Translations under genes and position numbers: made by a program | Part shown: positions 60,017-64,000 of the stretch, piece after piece | Position numbering within the stretch: position 1 is the stretch's first letter | How the letters are laid out: the number at the start of each line of letters is the position of its first letter | Notes under the pieces: generated by a model | What the model was told of the DNA's origin: nothing | Seen by the model: only the letters and a program-made list of their open reading frames with translations | Database searches by the model: none | From: Camelus ferus | Taxonomy: Eukaryota | Assembly (NCBI RefSeq): GCF_009834535.1 | Contig: NC_045696.1 | Location: 5,208,001-5,272,000, forward strand | Direction of reading: 5' to 3' | Length of the DNA stretch: 64,000 bases

Positions 60017-61382
60017 GAGGTAATGGCTTTCGTTTACATGCTTATAACCCTCCATATTTTAAGGCTTATTTTATAGACACAAATTACCTCCTAAGGCCTA
60101 ATCCTGTAGATCAGAAATTCGCACATAAGCAGTAAATTGGGATATAATTGTGCTGAGTAGGAGTTCGCCTTGATTAGGAGGCAAAGCACAGAGCGTACTA
60201 TAAAAGGACCTGAATTTTAGCACGCCATCAAGAAATAACAGTCATTTAACTTAAGTATGACTTGCAAATAGGGTGTTTCCATGCCAAGTTTTGCAGAATG
60301 CCCTACCTTCTTTCAACGTGAAATGTTAAGTTGCAAAGAGCGCACGTCTTCCACATCTGCTGTCCTTGACACCTGAGGGCTTGGGCTCCCTGGCCCCGGG
60401 GCTGGCCGCCCGCCCCCTCCCGCACCAGGGCCAGTGCGGCTTCCTTTGCAAGGACCCACCCAGCCCTCCAGGCAGGGAAAGCAAAGGGACAAGTAAGACA
60501 TTGGAATTTTTATCCCTTAAGCCTCAAGTGGGATCACAATCCACGCAGAGAACAAGGCATCTAGTGTTAGGGAAAAGGTTCACTCCTGCAGAGGAAAAAC
60601 AGTCATAAACTGGTGTATCTAGTTCCTAATGATGATGGCATGGAGCATCCATTTAAAGAAACGTCAAGAAAATCACGTTCTGGAAAAAGCTGGAAATAAA
60701 CATGGGGAGGCCACAGAGCTTTCAGACAGTCGTTCCCGAGCTGAAACAGTGGGCGTTTTAACTCTGCTGGGCCGGAGTGAGGAATCCCAGCAGGCTGGCG
60801 CCCAGCTCCGCGCTCCGGGCGGTTTCTCGCTCCTGCCCGCTGGCTGGAGATTTATTGAACGGAGGCTGCTGGTGCAGAGAATTGCAATTTTCCAGGTCTC
60901 TGCTAAGTGGCAGAGATTAATGAGCGGGGTCAGGCATTAGCCAGCAAGGGGGCTTTCTGCCTCCACCGTGTTCTCGCACCAAATGAAAACCCATTTGCCA
61001 TCTCTCTCAGTTTCCCATTTCCCAAGTTAGCGCCCTTTCGGTCCTCACAGTTTTTACCGAGAGAGAGAAATTCTCTTTCGTCCTAAAAGAGAGGCCATGT
61101 TCTCCACAGGTTCACGTAGGGTTGTGTGGCTGCAAAGCCTCACTGCATCAGCTGAGAGCGACAGCTTCCTGCCAACCCTCCAGGTCCCCTGACTCCCATT
61201 ATCTTGTTTCTCCCACCCCTCTGTGGATGCCCCTTGTTCAGAAAAGATGCCCACCCCGCTGCGGCATGCAGGTAATCAGATGAGTGCACATCTGGGGGGA
61301 TCAATGAAAAAGAATAAACACTGATGGATCAAAACTTCCCCCAAACTCACTAAGTCTAGGAAGAGGACAAAAAAAGGTACAA

Positions 61383-61475
61383 TGTATGACTGGGACATTG
61401 TGCTGCACACCAGGGACTGACACATTGCAACTGACTGTACTTCTATTGAAAAATAAATTAGTTTAAAAGATTTTT
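61383..61475 (+). mobile_element. Very short L1 3' terminus (camelid-type) with probable 10-bp TSD
   Basis: tgtatgactgggacattgtgctgcacaccag...gacacattgcaactgactgtacttc plus A-rich tail; aaag(g/a)tacaa at 61373-61382 and 61476-61485. Confidence 0.75.
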
Positions 61476-61538
61476 AAAGATACAAATATCATCAAAAAAA
61501 GTAGTTTTCCTATTGGAAAGGCAAAGCTGGCTCCTAGT

Positions 61539-61911
61539 TGTTTCAGTCCGCTGGGGCTGCCTTAACAAACACCACAGGCTGCTGGTCGTCCTAAACAACA
61601 GGAATTTATCCTCACACAGTCCAGGAAGCCGGAAGTCCAAGGTCACGGTGCTGAGAGCCAGGCTCCTCTGAGGCCTCCCTCCTTGGAAAGTGGGCGGCTG
61701 TCTTCTCCTTGTGTCTTCCCTCTGTGGGTGTCTGTGCCCCAATTTCTTCTTTTAAGGACACCAGGCACCTTGGATTAAAGCCCACCCTAATGACCTCATT
61801 TTACCTTAATTGCCTCTTTAAAGATTTCTATATCCAGTCACATTCTGAAGCACTAGGTGTTAGGGCTTCAACATATGAATTTTAGGAGGGGACACAATGC
61901 AGCTCATAACA
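61539..61911 (-). mobile_element. MaLR LTR, MLT1B-like
   Basis: tgtttcagtccgctggggctgcc...gaagtccaaggtcacggtg...ccaccctaatgacctcattttacctt...gcagctcataaca. Confidence 0.85.
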
Positions 61912-63094
61912 GTAGCCAAAATGCCTGCACCTTCTAGGGGGAAAAAACAGACAAGCAGGTGAGGTATGATGCGAAACAGCTTCACTAGACAAGGCTCAAA
62001 TTCAAGTTCCAACTGACTGAGCGAGGTCAGATTTGCCTTTCTGAGGTTCGCATTCCTCCCTTGGGTTTGAAATAGGGGAGAGAATGTATCGAGGCTTGTT
62101 TCTCTCTCAAGATGTTTAGAGGCGCAAGAAGAGCACGCACTGGCTGTGTGCATCGTGTGAATGACAATGAGCGATGCGGGGCTATCACCCAAGACGGGGA
62201 CCTGCCGACGGGCTCGCCCAGTTCCCTCTCCTTCCATCTTTTCCCTCCACCACAGGTGTCCTGGGAGTAGAATTTGGCTGCCCAGGTGTAGGGCCAGCCA
62301 AACAGGTGCCCTGGGGCAGGATCTGAGAGGGCAGAAGTGAGCTCCCAGGGGAGGCAGCCAGACAAAGGAAGCTCCCACCTCTGGCAAGCACAGAGGCAGA
62401 GGCATCGACTGGGTCTCTCTGGGGCAGCAGGCAGACATCCATTGTCCTGGGCCCAGTGTCATGGGCCAGGCAGCAGCGACAGTAGTGGGGCTTCTGCTAG
62501 AACAACTTGCTGTGTGGTCGAGTGTTTCTGTATTCATTGGTCCTGGCCATGCAGGAATTCTGTAAGGCATGGATTCCCTGTAGTTACCCCTTTCCGCTGA
62601 ATCTAGCAAGAGTTGCTTCTGTTTTCTGAGCCACCGTCTCCCACAGGCACACCGAGCTTACACGGGGCTGCGGAGGAGAGGGATGCTATGGAAGGTAAAG
62701 AACGACGCCATGTGTTTTGAGATCAGATGGGGGCTTTCATTTTACCTGCATAGAAAATTCTTTAGTACATCCTGGAGAATAACTTGAAGAAAAGGAGGTA
62801 AATAAGAACCCTTTTGGAGGTGAGGATAACTCGTCAAATGTTTCTTTCCTCTTCTGAGCACATGGAAAGAATGAAAATTCCTTCCCAGGGATCAGCAGCT
62901 AACTTCCTTAACAGTAAACCACTCAGAAAAGCCACAGTTGTCCCCCTTCCCGCTGTGAAGACTTGAAGCTGACCCGGGGGGGTGAGGGGAGGATGGAGAA
63001 CAAATCAGTCACCTAACACCTTAGACCTGCACTCCACACAAGCCAGCAAGGTATGTAAGTGCTCAGGAAACTCCACTAGCTGAAATGTGTTGTG

Positions 63095-63550
63095 GACAAG
63101 ACTATTCCTTGCCTTTACTTACCCCCTTTTTCTTATAAAAACCTCTGATTTGGGACTGAGGACACAGTTACCCAGAATGAAGTTTCCATCCTTCTTGCTA
63201 TTTGGTGACCTAGGTTCTAGTCAATATGATGTGGGTTAAAAAGAAAGAAATCTCATTAAAAGAAAGCTGACAGACACCCTTAGCCCTTTTTACTTATTCC
63301 TGTTTCGCACTAATTGGAATGCAGATGCAATGGCTGGTGCTCCGGCAGCCATTTTGGATCATAGGTTGAAAGTCTTATGCTGAGGATGGCAAAACAGTAA
63401 TACTTGAAATGCTCCTTGAAATTATTCTGACTGCCCTTAACTACCTACCTCTGGACTCCTTTTATATGAGAGTTGGATAAATTTTATTGTTTTAAGCAAT
63501 TGTTATTTCAGAGTTTCAGCTTCTTGTAGATGAACCTCATCTACTGACAT
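63095..63550 (+). mobile_element. Old MaLR LTR, MLT1J/K-like
   Basis: ggaatgcagatgcaatggctggtgctccggcagccattttggatc...cctacctctggactcctttt...ttgttttaagc. Confidence 0.6.
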
Positions 63551-64000
63551 ATATCTTATAATAAATGTAATTCATTTGAGAACATTTCATTTTAGGCTGA
63601 TAACAGAAATTCAAATATACATCCCTGTGCACAGTATGGCTTCATTTTCTTCCCTTAACTATATGATCATTCTTCTGATATACACATTTGCCCAGTTTCT
63701 GACACGGATGGCCATTTCTTTATAGAACTTAGTACTTTTAAAAAAATCTTGGGTTTTTTTTCCTACAGAAATATTGCTTCTATATCCTGTAACCTTTGCC
63801 AACCATCACTCTCCAGTCTTCCCTGCTTCATTTATTCTTTTTCTTCTCCTGGGGCATCAGTTTTTCCTCCACTACCCATCCCCTTACAGATTTGGAAAGT
63901 GTATAGATTTTCATGTGTTTGAAAATCTAGGAAATAAATGTGAAATAATAGGTGCAGCTCCTAGGAAGGCATTCTCTCCAACCAGGTTTTAGTCCCTTCC

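Noticed and set aside
60941-60954. CTCF-like ccagcaagggggct
   Set aside because: Needs a gap in the core to fit the consensus
58614-61610. Both sense-oriented intronic MLT1B copies have lost AATAAA (selection against premature polyadenylation?)
   Set aside because: Most intergenic MLT1 copies in the window have lost it too, so there is no contrast

Overview
Mammalian genomic DNA, very probably a camelid (alpaca, llama or camel). The evidence is a tRNA-Ala-derived Vic-1-type SINE and cetartiodactyl/camelid-type L1 3' ends. The only protein-coding sequence I can support is the last coding exon of PCP4 (PEP-19) on the minus strand: CDS 52058-52185, phase-1 AG acceptor, encoding (D)[41 protein letters not shown]. 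It is followed by a ~280-nt 3'UTR and AATAAA at 51797-51802. Bases 52186-64000 are the 3' part of its upstream intron; exon 2 is not in the window. Bases 1-51770 are the 3' intergenic flank, which by mammalian synteny leads toward the convergent DSCAM 3' end; no DSCAM exon is seen. The rest is a mosaic of MaLR/ERV LTRs, L1, L2, MIR, hAT elements and microsatellites, with one 214-N assembly gap inside a (TGG)n-like repeat. Essentially all listed six-frame ORFs are spurious or repeat-derived. I did not find a previously undescribed biological system. The best leads are modest: an apparent Ser60Thr change in PEP-19, a perfect ERE inside an L2 relic, several CpG-retaining candidate enhancers, an L1 with a 5' inversion, an L1 with a probable 3' transduction, and a solo ERV LTR with an intact promoter but no polyA signal. 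Repeat subfamily names come from recalled consensus sequences, not a database search, and boundaries of old repeats are approximate.
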